A stretch of 64,000 nt of DNA from the human T2T-CHM13v2.0 reference genome, Homo sapiens. Under the pieces are notes generated by a model that was given only the letters and a program-made list of their open reading frames with translations, was not told the DNA's origin and ran no database searches. The translations under genes were made by a program, and so were the position numbers. Every line of letters begins with the position of its first letter. The first letter of the stretch is position 1. The stretch lies in NCBI RefSeq assembly GCF_009914755.1, contig NC_060926.1. One strand, given 5' to 3'. Of this stretch, positions 29,880 through 44,415 are shown in pieces.

Positions 29880-30942
29880 TTACTTGGACTGTGATGATTA
29901 GAGAAACCAGGGAAGAATTATGATCAGATTTGCGTTTTTATAATAATCATCCTGTCTTTGATCTGAAGATTATATTATGAGGAGAATTAACAGATGCAAG
30001 GAAAAACAATAAAAAGTGACAGTTTTTTAAAGGAACATGATGGATAAAGGCAACATAAAAGAGAAATAATAGGAAGAAGATAATGAAATCAATTTAATCT
30101 TACTGAATTTGGAGAGCTATGAACCATCAAAATTATGATACAGAAGAGGCTATTGGGAGTAGAACTCAAGAAATTGTACTATAAATGATAATATTGATAT
30201 TCATGATTCAAGTTATATGTAATCTCCTAGAGATTGAATAGTATAAGAAGAAATGGGAATTAGAATACAGGTTTAAAACATTCCAACATATAAGAAGAAT
30301 GTAGAGGAGAAGGAGGTGCCAGCAAAAGACAATGAGGAGTTGTCAAAGATTTTGGAAGATTGGGAGAATGTTCTGACATAGAATGCAATGAAAGAGTAGT
30401 TACTAAAGAATGTTTTCAAGAGGGTCAAATGCTTCTCAGAAAATAAGAAATCTCAAATATATCCTTGGAATTATTAATATGAAGATTAATGACAACATTG
30501 GCAATAGGAATAAACAACAAACTACAAAGAATGAGGAATGTAAACAAATGGATTTTGTGAATAGAGAATTTATTCCAGAAGTGTTAACGTATCAAGAAGA
30601 TAGATCAAATCTTACACTAAACAAATATGGGAAAGAGTGAAGGATCTTTTCACTTTATTTGTTTTTGCAGGAGAAACAAAACCTGTTTAAAAACTAATCA
30701 GAAGGAACCAATAGAGTAAGACAAGTACACAGGAAATAGAAAGAATAGCAGATGGCAATAACTTCCTATGAAAATGTAAAAAACAAAGTCTAGAATAGAG
30801 TCATAAAGACTGATTTTACATGAGATATTGAGTTCCTTCTGGTTGTAGCAGGAAATAAAAAATACTTTGGATCACTTAAAGATACGTGTATAAAAGTGAT
30901 GATAAGATGATGGTCAGTCCAATGACTTCAGTTGTCTCTGTT
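29880..30942 (-). mobile_element. L2 fragment, host of the L1PA insertion; appears to resume near 35404-35700
   Basis: gatcagatttgcgtttt, tagaggagaaggaggtgccagcaaaagac, aagaatgttttcaagagggtcaaatgct. Confidence 0.6.
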
Positions 30943-32167
30943 AAAAAGTCTTTTATTTTTTATTATACTTTAAGTTCTAGGGTACAGGTGCACAACGTGC
31001 AGGTTTGTTACATATGTATACATGCGCCATGTTGGTGTGCTGCACCCATTAATTCATCATTTACATTAGGTATATCTCCTAATGCTATCCCTTCCCCCTC
31101 CCCCACCCCATGACAGGGCCCGGTGTGTGACGTTCCCCTTCCTGTGTCCAAGTGTTCTCATTGTTCAATTCCCACCTATGAGTGAGAACATGCGGTGTTT
31201 GGTTTTTTTGTCCTTGTGATAGTTTGCTGAGAATGATGGTTTCCAACTTCATCCATATCCCTACAAAGGATATGAACTCATCATTTTTTTTGGCTGCATA
31301 GTATTCCATGGTGTATATGTGCCACATTTTCTTAATCCAGTCTATCATTGATGGACATTTGGGTTGGTTCCAAGTCTTTGCTTTTGTGAATAGTGTCACA
31401 ATAAACATACGTGTGCATGTGCCTTTATAGCACCATGTTTTATAGTCCTTTGGGTATATACCCAGTAATGGGATGGCTGGGTCAAATGGTATTGCCAGTT
31501 CTAGATCCTTGAGGAGTCGCCACACTGTCTTACACAATGGTTGAACTAGTTTACAGTCCCACCAACAGTGTAAAAGTGTTCCTAATTCACCACATTCTCT
31601 CCAGCACCTATTGTTTCCTGACTTTTTAATGATCGCCATTCTAACTGATGTGAGATGGTATCTCATTGTGGTTTTGATTTGCATTTCTCTGATGGCCAGT
31701 GATGATGAACATTTTTTCATTGTCTGTTGGCTGCATAAATGTCTTCTTTTGAGAATTGTCTGTTCATATCCTTCACCCACTTTTTGGTGGGGTTGTTTTT
31801 TTCTTGTAAGTTTGTTTGAGTTCTTTGTAGATTCTGGATATTAGCCCATTATCAGATGGGTAGATTGCAAAAATTTTCTCCCATTCTGTAGGTTGCCTGT
31901 TCACTCTGATGGTAGTTTCTTTTGCTGTACAGAAGCTCTTTAGTTTAATGAGATCCCATTTGTCAACTTTGGCTTTTGTTGCCATTGCTTTTGGTGTTTT
32001 AGACATGAAGTCCTTGCCCATGCCTATGTCCTGAATGGTATTGTCTAGATTTTCTTCTAGGGTTTTTATGGTTTTTGATCTAACATTTAAGTCTTTAATC
32101 CATCTTGAATTAATTTTTGTATAAGATGTAAGGAAGGGATCCAGTTTCAGCTTTCTACATATGACTA

Positions 32168-32446
<279 letters not shown>

Positions 32447-32449
32447 TCA

Positions 32450-32895
<446 letters not shown>

Positions 32896-33153
32896 TTATT
32901 CTTTTCCTAATTGAATACGCTGTGTTTCTTTCTCCTGCCTGATTGCCCTGGCCAGAACTTCCAACAATATGTTGAATGGGAGTGGTGAGAGAGGGCATCC
33001 CTGTTGTGTGCCAGTTTTCAAAGGGAATGCTTCCAGTTTTTGCCCATTCAGTATGATATTGGCGGTGGGTTTGTCACAGATAGCTCTTATTATTTTGAGG
33101 TACGTCCCATCAATACTTAATTTATTGACAGTTTTTAGCATGAAGTGCTGTTA

Positions 33154-34111
<958 letters not shown>

Positions 34112-34114
34112 CTA

Positions 34115-34240
<126 letters not shown>

Positions 34241-34248
34241 TTAAGTGA

Positions 34249-34555
<307 letters not shown>

Positions 34556-35323
34556 TTAAGTGAGTTTCTTAATCCTGAGTTCTAGTTTGATTGCCCTGTG
34601 GTCTGAGAGACAGTTTGTTACAATTTCTGTTCTTTTACATTTCCTGAGGAGTGCTTTACTTCCAACTATGTGGTCAGTTTTGGAATAAGTGTGATGTGAT
34701 GCTGAGAAGAATGTATATTCTGTTGATTTGGGATGGAGAGTTCTGTAGATGTCTATTAGGTCCGCTTGGTGCTGAGCTGAGTTCAATTCCTGGATATCCT
34801 TGTTAACTTTCTGTCTTGTTGATCTGTCTATTGTTGACAGTGGGGTGTTAAAATCTCCCATTATTATTGTGTGGGAGTCTAAGTCTCTTTGTAGGTCTCT
34901 AAGGACTTGCTTTGTGAATCTGGGTGCTCCTGAATTGGGTGCATATATATTTAGGATAGTTAGCTCTTCTTGTTGAATTGATCCCTTTACCATTATGTGA
35001 TGGCCTTCTTTGTCTGTTTTGATCTTTGTTGGTTTAAAGTCTGTTTTATCAGAGACTAGGATTGCAACCTTTTTTTGTTTTCCATTTGCTTGGTAGATCT
35101 TCCTCCATCCCTTTATTTTGAGCCTATGTGTGTCTCTGCACGTGAGATGGGTCTCCTGAATACAGCACACTGATAGGTCTTGACTCTTTACACAATTTGC
35201 CAGTCTGTGTATTTTAAATGGAGCATTTAGCCCATTTACATTTAAGGTTAATATTGTTATGTGTGAATTTGATCTTGTCTTATGAGTTAGCTGGTTATTT
35301 TGCTCGTTATCTGATTCTGTCAT
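34556..35323 (-). pseudogene. Open 255-aa frame encoding the entire L1 ORF2 APE-type endonuclease domain (retroelement-derived, not a cellular gene)
   Basis: Motifs LTLNVNGLN, CCIQETH, LNIYAPN, MGDFNTPL, YTFFS, YSKTDH, LSDH. Confidence 0.9.
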
Positions 35324-35708
35324 TATGATGTTAGCTGGTTATTTTGCTCATTAGCTGATGCCAAATTGTAAAGACCATCAGTGCTAGGAAGAAAAAATCT
35401 TTTCTTAATTGGTAGCTTATCTAAGAAAAATAGGAGTTTTGAGGAAAATGGAGAAATTTTGAAATCCTCATGGGTGAAGGATGAGTGAATGGGACTAGAA
35501 CAATAACATAATAGGATTGGGGATAGACTCAAGGTCTCTGTTGTCTAGGACTGTGGGTTAGGAAATTTTAGTGTCATCAAACTGCCCAGTTATGTAATTC
35601 ATCCAACTTTTAAAGGACTGTAGAGACTAATTGCCAAGTTCACATATCCTTGTGGAAGTTAATAATGGTACAATGAGGTAACAAAGTTAAGAAATTTGCA
35701 AAGGACAC

Positions 35709-36048
35709 TGCTATGATCTGAATGTTTATCTCATCTCAAAATTCATATGTTGAAATCTCAACCCTAATGGTATTAGGAGGTGATTAGGTCATTAGAGCAG
35801 AGCCATTATGAACAACATTAATGCTCTTAGAAAAGAAGTTTCAGTTCCCTTGCCTTTTCTACCATGTGAGGATGCAGTGAGAAAGAGCCATCTGTGAACC
35901 AGGAAACAGACCTTCACCAGACATCAAATCTGCTGGCACCTTGATCTTAGGCTTCCAAGCCACCAGAATTGTGAGAAATACATTTCTGTTGCTCATTTGC
36001 TACCTAGTTTATGCCGTTTTGTTATAGCAGCCCAAACTGACCAAGATA
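35709..36048 (+). mobile_element. MLT1A-type solo LTR
   Basis: tgctatg.tctgaatgttt...aaaattcatatgttgaaatc...aatctgctggcaccttgatctt...gttatagcagccc; 5-bp TSD gacac/gacat. Confidence 0.92.
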
Positions 36049-36145
36049 GACATGTTGAAGGGTTGCATACTGATATTTAAATGAGAAAAGTGTATAATCT
36101 CAGCTGGCAAGTGTAAAGGAAGGAAAGGGGGTTAATGTTCTTAAT

Positions 36146-36498
36146 TTCCTTTTCTTTCTTTCTTCTTTCTTTTTTTCTTTCTTTCTTTCTTTTTTTTTTT
36201 TTTTTTTTTTGAGACAGGGTCTCACTGGGTTTCCGAAGAACTGGAGTGTGGTGGTTCACTGCAGACTCAATCTTCCCAGCTCAAGTGATCTTCCCACTTC
36301 AGCCTCCCTTGTTGTTGGGACTACAGTCACGTGCCGCCACACTAGGCTAATCCAGGCAATATTTTTTTTTGGTGAGGGGGTGGGAACAGAGTTTTGCCAT
36401 GTTGCCCAGGCTGGTCTCAAACTCCTGGGCTCAAGATATCTGCCTGCCTTGGCCTCCCACAGTGCTGGGATTATAGGTGTGAGCCACCCCTCCTGGCC
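36146..36498 (-). mobile_element. AluJ with (TTTC)n-expanded tail
   Basis: gagacagggtctcact, gctcaagtgatc, aactcctgggctcaag (AluJ); TSD gggtta(a)tgttcttaatt. Confidence 0.93.
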
Positions 36499-36599
36499 CA
36501 GGGTTATGTTCTTAATTGAAATAATGAAGTAAAGAGATTAGAGATTGTGATTTGAGATTGTCTGCATCTTAGAAATTATTATGAAATTTTGATATTGGG

Positions 36600-37680
36600 G
36601 AAAATTTCTAATTTGTGTAAGTCTGATTTGAAAATTTGATTGAGTGTATACCTTACTTTTTAAAAAAAATATGCTGTTTAAATTTTAAGTTTATGTCTGG
36701 GTTGCTTTAGCTACTCCCCATAACTTTTGGTAGGTTAGGTTATTACTGTCACTTAGTTATTGTATATTTAACGTTCCTTGTGATTTTCTCTTTGATCCTT
36801 GGGTTACTTAGTAAGTTGTATGCTTTTAAAATTTCAAATATCTTCTTATTGATTTCTAAGTAAATGCCATGTGACCAGTAAACATGTTCTAGATGACTTT
36901 GATCTCTTAAAATAAATAGAATCGGCCAGGCACCGTGGCTCACGCCTGTAATCCCAGCACTTTAGGAGGCTGAGACGTGCTGATCAGAAGGTCAGGAGAT
37001 CAAGACCATCCTGGCTAACACAGTGAAACGCCGTCTCTACTAAAAATACAAAAAATTAGCCGGGCGAGGTGGTGGGTACCTGTAGTCCCAGCTGCTCGGG
37101 AGGCTAAGGCAGGAGAATGGCGTGAACCCCAGGGGACGGAGCCTGCCGTGAGCCGAGATTGTGCCACTGCACTCCAACCTGGGCGACAGCGAGACTCCGT
37201 CTCAAAAAAAAAAAAAAAAAAATTAGCCAGGCCTGGTGTCAGGCGCCTGTAGTCCCAGCTACTCAGGAGGTTGAGGCAGGAGAATGGCGTGACCCAGGAG
37301 GCAGAGCTTGCAGTGAGCTGAGATCGAGCCACTGCACTCCAGCCTGGGCAACTGAGACTCTGTCTCAAAATAAATAAATAAATAAAAAATAAATAGAATA
37401 TTGTTTTATGGCCCAGCATATAATCAATATTGGTCAGTGTTACATGCATACATGAGGACTTTCTCTCCTGCTATTTGGTTCATTATTCTCTAAACATCCA
37501 TTAGATCAACTTATTAATAGTATTGTTCAATTATATATTCCTGATGATATTTTATCTACTTGTTAGTTTCCAACTATAGTTGTGAATTTTTCTATTTTTA
37601 ACTTTATTTCTGCCAATTTTTACTTTAAGTAGTTAGACACTTTGTTTTCGGTGTCACTGATTTAACACTATTGTTATAAT
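36600..37680 (-). mobile_element. Old L1M ORF2 (EN region) fragment split by the Alu trimer
   Basis: gtgattttctctttgatcc, gttttatggcccagcatataatcaatattgg, caactatagttgtgaattttt. Confidence 0.7.
36924..37390 (+). mobile_element. Compound AluY: left arm + right arm + right arm
   Basis: Two right monomers (~37055-37221 and ~37222-37370); one outer TSD aaaataaatagaat. Confidence 0.95.
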
Positions 37681-38559
37681 TGTTAATATTTTATTATTAT
37701 TATAAATATTGCTATTATTGTTATTAGGTGCTATTAGATACTTACACCTAAAAACAATGTAATACAACCATATTAGAAAATTTTGAAGATATTAATGACT
37801 TGCTTAAAAAATAGCAATAGAATATCTGAAATGACCAAAATACTTTTTTAAAGAGGATAAGCGTTCACAACAAAAGCAGGCAATTTACTTAAAGTTCCTG
37901 TTAGTGCAGTTCAAAGTTTGTTTTGATAAGCTTTATTTTTTTAATTCTCAAAAACTTGCACTTTAAGCTTAGAGTTATAAAATTAGGCTAAGAAGGTTAG
38001 AATAGTCAGAAATTCAAGAACAAATACAAATAAAATACATTGAATGTTAAAAGAAAAGAAGAATCCAGAGGTCTGTTAGTGTTACCCTATAAGCAGCCAT
38101 ATGAGCATACTCAAGTTAAAAATAATGTAGTAATCTGATCAAGATCTCAAAAAATAGAATTTGACAGATAGGTTTGGTCTCCAGAGCTAGTGATCATTTG
38201 TCAGAAGCATGCCACACAAATAAAGATAGACTGCAGTATTTTAGAGGAGATTACACTTCATCTTCCAGTTTTTAAATGATTTTGTTTTTACGTAAGGCAA
38301 CAGACAAAGAACACTGAATGATCACTAGCATTAAATAATAACCAATGACCCACATTACATATATTGATTAGCTAACCCTTTCTAGATGTTGGTGTTCTTA
38401 AACTTGTCAATAGCTCTTCACAATTAAAAATAACATTGAGTGGGAAAGCACCCTTTATCATCTGTCTGGTCAAAGACAACCCAACTTAACTTAGTGGATT
38501 ATAGATTTGGAATAGATCATTCAGGAAAAGATCTGAAGATATTAATGGGTATTAATTGG

Positions 38560-38770
38560 GGGGAAAGTTACTGTTATATTATTTCACAATACAGAAATGT
38601 GTGCAAATAATAAAAGTGCAGCAGTATTAATTTTCCCAAAATAAGACACCTGTGAAACTACTGCCTCAATCAATAAATATTACATTACCAGCATCAAGAA
38701 GCCTCTTCTTGCTTCTTCCTAGTCATTAACCTTCAAGGTAACCACTATTCTGATCTCTAACATCTTGGTA
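38560..38770 (-). mobile_element. L1ME-type 3' fragment
   Basis: acacctgtgaaactact, cattaccagcatcaagaagcctc, aggtaaccactattctgatctctaaca. Confidence 0.65.
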
Positions 38771-39084
38771 GATATATTAATATCATATTAAAACATGTCA
38801 CTCATGAAATAAAAATTACCACATTGATTTAAAGATGCTCTGATAATTTCTATAACAGCTATCATTTAAAAATTACAAATATTATAAGTGAATTGCAAAT
38901 TATAGTGTTGCCTTGTAGGTTTAAAGTAAATTATAGCTGTTCTTCATATTCTTCATAGAGGAGTTTATTTAATTGAATGAAATTTTAAAAACTTAATATT
39001 TCCCAGTACCTGTGGTTTTCAAGTCTACCAGATACTAAGGTATCTGTCTTTATGGATTTGATCATTATATACATATGTAGATAT

Positions 39085-39165
39085 ATTTTGTAATTGACAC
39101 CTAATAATTGTACATATTATGAAACACAGGGTGACATTTCAATACATATATACAATGTAAGTAAG
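39085..39165 (-). mobile_element. L1MA extreme 3' end
   Basis: ttttgtaattgacacctaataattgtacatatt...gtgacatttcaatacatatatacaatgt. Confidence 0.75.
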
Positions 39166-39174
39166 TATCATTTC

Positions 39175-39835
39175 AAGGCAAAAAGGGAACTCTTATACAC
39201 TGCTGGTGAAAATAAAAATTAGTACAGTCACTATGTAAAACAGTATGAAGACTCTCTAAAAACTAAAAATAAAACTACCATATGATCCAGAAATCACTCT
39301 ACTGTGTATTTATCCAAAGTAAAGGAAATCAGTATTTCAAAGAGTTATGGACCCCCGTGTTTATTGTAGCTCTATTCACAATAGCCGAGATATGAAATCA
39401 ACATAAATGTCTATCAAAGGATACATGGATAAAGCAAACGTTATACACACATACGCGCGTGCACACACACACACACACACAGTTGAACACTATTCAGCCC
39501 TGAAAAAGAATAAAATCCTGTAATTCATCGCAACATGGATGGAACCAGAGGACATTATGTAAGTGAAGTATGAGAAGCACAGAAAGACACAAATCACAAA
39601 TTCTCACTCATGTGGGAGGCACAAAAGTTGTGCTCATAGAAGTAGACTACTGGTTACTAGAGGCAGGGAAGGAGAAGGGAGAGGATGGTTATTGAATACA
39701 AAATTACAGCTAGATAGAAGGGGTAAGTTCTAGTATTCTACAGCACTGTAGGATGACTATCATTAATAAAAATTTATTATATGTTTTCAGACCGCTAGAA
39801 GAGAGGATTTTGAATGTTCCCAAAACAAATAAATA
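39175..39835 (+). mobile_element. L1MA ORF2 end / 3' UTR, lacking its terminus; (CA)n at 39444-39481
   Basis: aaagggaactcttatacactgctggtg, caacatggatggaacc.gaggacattatg, gctagaagagaggattttgaatgttccca. Confidence 0.9.
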
Positions 39836-40519
39836 ATCATTGCTATTACTATTTTTACTACAAATTAGTGCAATTATCTTTAGTAATAATATTAAGGAGT
39901 AACAAGGAGAAGAATCAGAAGGTGAAAGAAGAGGATGAAAGATTTATTTTAAATATTTTTCATTTTGAAAAAGTAATTTATTTTCTTTGTAATCCAAGAG
40001 TTTATTTGAGAAAGGGTTCTAAATAATATCAAAGGCATTTATATTTATTTTACTTTCATATGACTTTTGTAATTTATTTTAAATTTTGCTCAACTTCATG
40101 TAACTTCTCCCTTATAAGTTTCTGATATATGGAAGTATTTGGAGACATAGGACAAAGGTGTAAAACCAAATAAAAGTTTAAAATAGATATTATGTACTGT
40201 GCTCAAACACATACATAACAGCATTCAAACACACACACACCTGCAATTTGATTGTCTTAGTTAGACATCCCCTTTTATCCTTCATATTCTGCTTGCTATT
40301 TAGTATTGAAAGACTCAGGGAAGTCTCTACACTTAAAAGATCTTGATTTTTAATGACAGGAGAGAGTAAATAAGAATATGGAAATGGGAAGATAATCATA
40401 TTTGGGTGACTTCTATCTCTACATTTATATTCCTTCTGAGTAATGAGATAACTTCCTCATGTCAAAGTTTTATGTCCTTATAGATACAATTTTTAAATAT
40501 TATTTTTGTAAATTTTTAT

Positions 40520-40705
40520 CATTATTATGCTCTTTCTCATGCACTAACTCACTTGATTCTCCTAAAAAAACTTGAATTGATTGGTATATTTTCCAAATTT
40601 TGCAGATTAAAAAAGTAAGACTCAAAAACTTAAGTAAATTTCCTGAAATTATATGTCTAATGACTATGGTTGGAGCTGGATCGCAAAGCCAGATCTGGCC
40701 TCATT
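40520..40705 (-). mobile_element. MIR
   Basis: attttgcagattaaaaaagtaagactcaaaaacttaagtaaatttcctgaa...ggagctggatcgcaaagccagatctg. Confidence 0.65.
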
Positions 40706-41559
40706 TTGCAAACATATTCTACACAGAATAAAAATTGTAGATAACCATTGTGTTTAGAATTCACAAAGTCAACAATTTCTGGTTTCTGCCTATCAAAATT
40801 CGAAGAAATTCCAGTTTTTTTAGAGTCTCTCCCAATCCTGATATGTCCACAAATCTGGAACTATAATTTTGTTGAGAATATTTTCCATGAAAATTGCATA
40901 CATAATACAGTGATTAAAAATTAATTTACTAAATGTTTTCCATTAATGAATTCAGTTCATTGGAAAGTGCAAACACGAATGACACAGGCAATTTTTCTAT
41001 TATCTTTATATTGTATTATTTATTCACCATGGCCGTATTTTCATGATATTTAGAATTCTTACGTTGAGTTGACAGAGAGTACTAAGAGATTCAGCTAACT
41101 TAACCCTTGCCTTTTTATAAGTTATAGACATATTGTTATCAATATATGATCAAACAGAATATAGAGGGGCATATAAGTGACAAACCAAGGATTATATAAT
41201 CATTTACCCTATGCAATATAACTATCTGACATACACATGTACATACACATAAAATATACATAGTTATATGTTTAATATACACAATTTCCACTTAATCTTT
41301 GGAAAACTGAAAGCTAGCTCTTTGCTATTTCAACTTCTTACTTTCTTTACTTGAAAACTTGAAGTTTTATTCCCTTTGGAAAATTAATTAAAGAAAAATA
41401 ACTTAAAAACCCACTTAAGTTGTCTCTATTTTATTGTTAGTTGGATTCAGAAAATAATATATTGAAAACCACCATTGTTTTACTGTATATTTTCTCTTAT
41501 GAAAAGTAATATATATTTAAGTTTATTTTTAGTTTATCTCTTTTATACGTAAGTTACAC

Positions 41560-43982
41560 TTTTTTAAAAATTTTATTTATTTTTAATTTTTAAATTTTTA
41601 AATTTTTAAAATTTTAACATTGTTTTAATTTTTATGGGTACATAGTAGGTATATATGTTTATGGGTTATATGTGATATTATGATACAGGCATACAATACA
41701 TAATAATCACATCAGGGTAAATGGGGTACCCATCGCCTCAAGCATTTATCATTTCTTGTTGTTGCAAACATTCTAATTATACTATTTTAGTTATTTTAAA
41801 ATGTATAATAAATTATTGTTGACTGTAATCACTCTGCTGTGCTATCAAATACTAAATCTTATTTATTCTACCTTTTTGTACGCATTAACCATCCCCTTGT
41901 TACCCACTACCCTTCCCAGTCTCTAGTAATCATTATTCTACTCTCTTTCTCCATGAGTTTAATTATTTTAATTTTTAGCTATCACAAATAAGTGAGAACA
42001 TGCAAAGTTTGTCTTTGTGTGACTGGCTTATTTCAATTAACATAACAACCTCCAGTTCCATCCATGTTGCAAATGATAGGCTCTCGTTTTATTAATGGCT
42101 GAATAGCACACCATTGTGTATACGTATCATATTTTCTTTTTCCATTCGTCTGTTGATGGACACTTAGGTTGCTTTCAAATCTTGGCTATTGTGAATAGCA
42201 TTGCAATTAACATGGAAGTGCAGATGTCTCTTTGATATACTGATTTTCTATCATTGGGCTATATACCTAGCAGTGGGATTGCTAGATCTTATGGTAGTTC
42301 TATTTTTCATTTTTTGAGGATTCTCCATACTGTTCTCCGTAGTGACTGTACTAATTGACATTCCCACCAACTATGTACGGGGGTTTCCTTTTCTCCACAT
42401 CTTCACTAGCATTTGTTATTGACTATCTTTTAAATATAAGCAACTTTAACTGGGTTAACATGATATCTCATTGTAGTTTTGATTTGCATTTATCTGATGG
42501 CCAGTTATGTTGAACATGTTTTCATTTGCCTGTTTGCCATTTGTATGTCTTCTTTTGAGAAATGTCTATTCAGATCTTTTGCCCATTTTTTAATCAAATT
42601 ATTAGATTGCTTCCTATTGAATTGTTTGAGTTCCTTATATATTCTGGTGTTTAATCCCTTGTCAGAAGAATATATTGTAAATATTTTCTCCCATTCTGTA
42701 GTTTCTCTCTTTCTTTGTTGATTGTTTCCCTTGCTGTACAGAAGCTTTTTAACTTGATATTATTCCATTTGTCCTTTTTTGCTTTGGTTGTCTGTGCTTG
42801 AGGGATATTACTCAAGAAATCTTTGCCCAGAACAATGTCTGGAAAAGTTTCCCCAATGTTTTATTGTGGTATTTTCATAGTTTGAGGTCTTCTCTTAGAT
42901 TTAAGTCTTTCATCCATTTTGACTTCATTTTTGAATACGGCAAGAAACAGGGGTCTCATTTTATTCTTCTGCTTATGGATAATCCAGTTTTTCCACTACC
43001 ATTTATTTAAGAGGTTGTCCTTGTCCCAGTGTATGTTATAGGTACCTTTGTCAGAAATGAGTTCAATGTAGATGTATGGGCTTATATCTGGGCTCTCTTT
43101 TCTGTTCCATTGGTCTTTGTGTCTGTTTTTATGCCACTACTATGTTGTATTGGTTACAAAAGCTCTTTGCAAAAATAACCTCAGTTTTGTTCTTTTTTGG
43201 CTCAGGATTGCTTTAGCTTTTGGGTTCTTTTGTAGTTCTATATAAATTATAAGATTTTTTCTTTTTCTATGAAGAATACCATTGGTATTTGAATAGGGAT
43301 TACATTGAATCCGTAGATTGCCTTGGGTAGTATGAACATTTTAACAATATTGCTTCTTCTACTCTATGAAATTTGAATATTTTTGCATTTTATTGTGTCC
43401 TCTTCAATTATTTTCATCAGTGTTTTATAGTTTTTATTGTAGAGATCATTCACTTTGGTTAAGCTTATTCTTTTGTCTTATTTTACTTATAGCTATTGTA
43501 AGTGGGATTACTTTCTTGATTTCATTTTTAGATTGTTCACTGTTGGCATATATGAGTACTACTGACTTTTGTGTGTTGATTTTGTATCCTGCAACTTTAC
43601 TGCATTTGTTTATCAGTTCTAATAGTTTTTCTATACCGAAAATCATAACATCTGCAAAGAAGGATAATTTAACTTCTTCTTTTCCAATTCGGATGCACTT
43701 TATTTCTTTCTCATGTCTGACTGCTCTAGCTAGGACTTCCAGTTTTATGTTGAAGAACAGTGGTGAAAGCGGGCATCTTTATTTGGTTCCAGATTTTAGA
43801 GAAAATGCTTTCAGTTTTTCCCCATTTAGTGTGATTCTAGCTGCGGGTCTGTTGTATATGGCTTTTATTGTATTGAGGTATGTTCCTTCTATACCCAGTT
43901 TTTTGAGAGCTTTTATTATAAAAGGATGTTAAATTTATCAAATATTTTTTCAGCATCAATTGAAATGATCATATAGGTTTTT
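41560..43982 (-). mobile_element. 5'-truncated L1MA (L1MA1-3-like) with patterned (TTTTAAA)n tail
   Basis: 3' end tttttatgggtacatagtaggtatatat...aataatcacatcagggtaaatgggg; ORF 43446..43646 [22 protein letters not shown]. Confidence 0.93.
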
Positions 43983-44006
43983 ACAGTAGATACATTTATT
44001 CCAGCT

Positions 44007-44415
44007 ATTTTTTTCTTTATTTTGTTTCAATAGTTTTTGAGAAACAGGTGGTTTTTGGTTACATGGATAAGTTCTTTAGTGGTGATTTCTGAGATCTTGG
44101 TGCACCCATTACCTGAGCAGTGTACACTGTCTACAATGTGTAGCCTTTTATCCCTCACTAGCCTCCCACCCTTCCCTCTGATTCCCCAACATCCATTATA
44201 TCATTCTGATGCCCTTGTGTCCTCATACTTTAGCTCCCATTTATAAGTGAGAACCTTCAATATTTAATTTTTCATTCCTGAATTACTTCACTTAGAATAA
44301 TGGTCTTCAACTCCATCCAGGTTGCTGCTAATACCATTATTTCATTCCCTTTTAAGACTGGGTAGTATTCCATGGTGTGTGTGTGTGTGCTGTGTGTGTG
44401 TGTGTGTGTTTGTGC
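44007..44415 (-). mobile_element. L1PB1-like 3' end, ending in (TG)n
   Basis: tttcaatagtttttg.gaaacaggtggtttttggttacatggataagttctttagtggtgatttctgagat. Confidence 0.9.
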
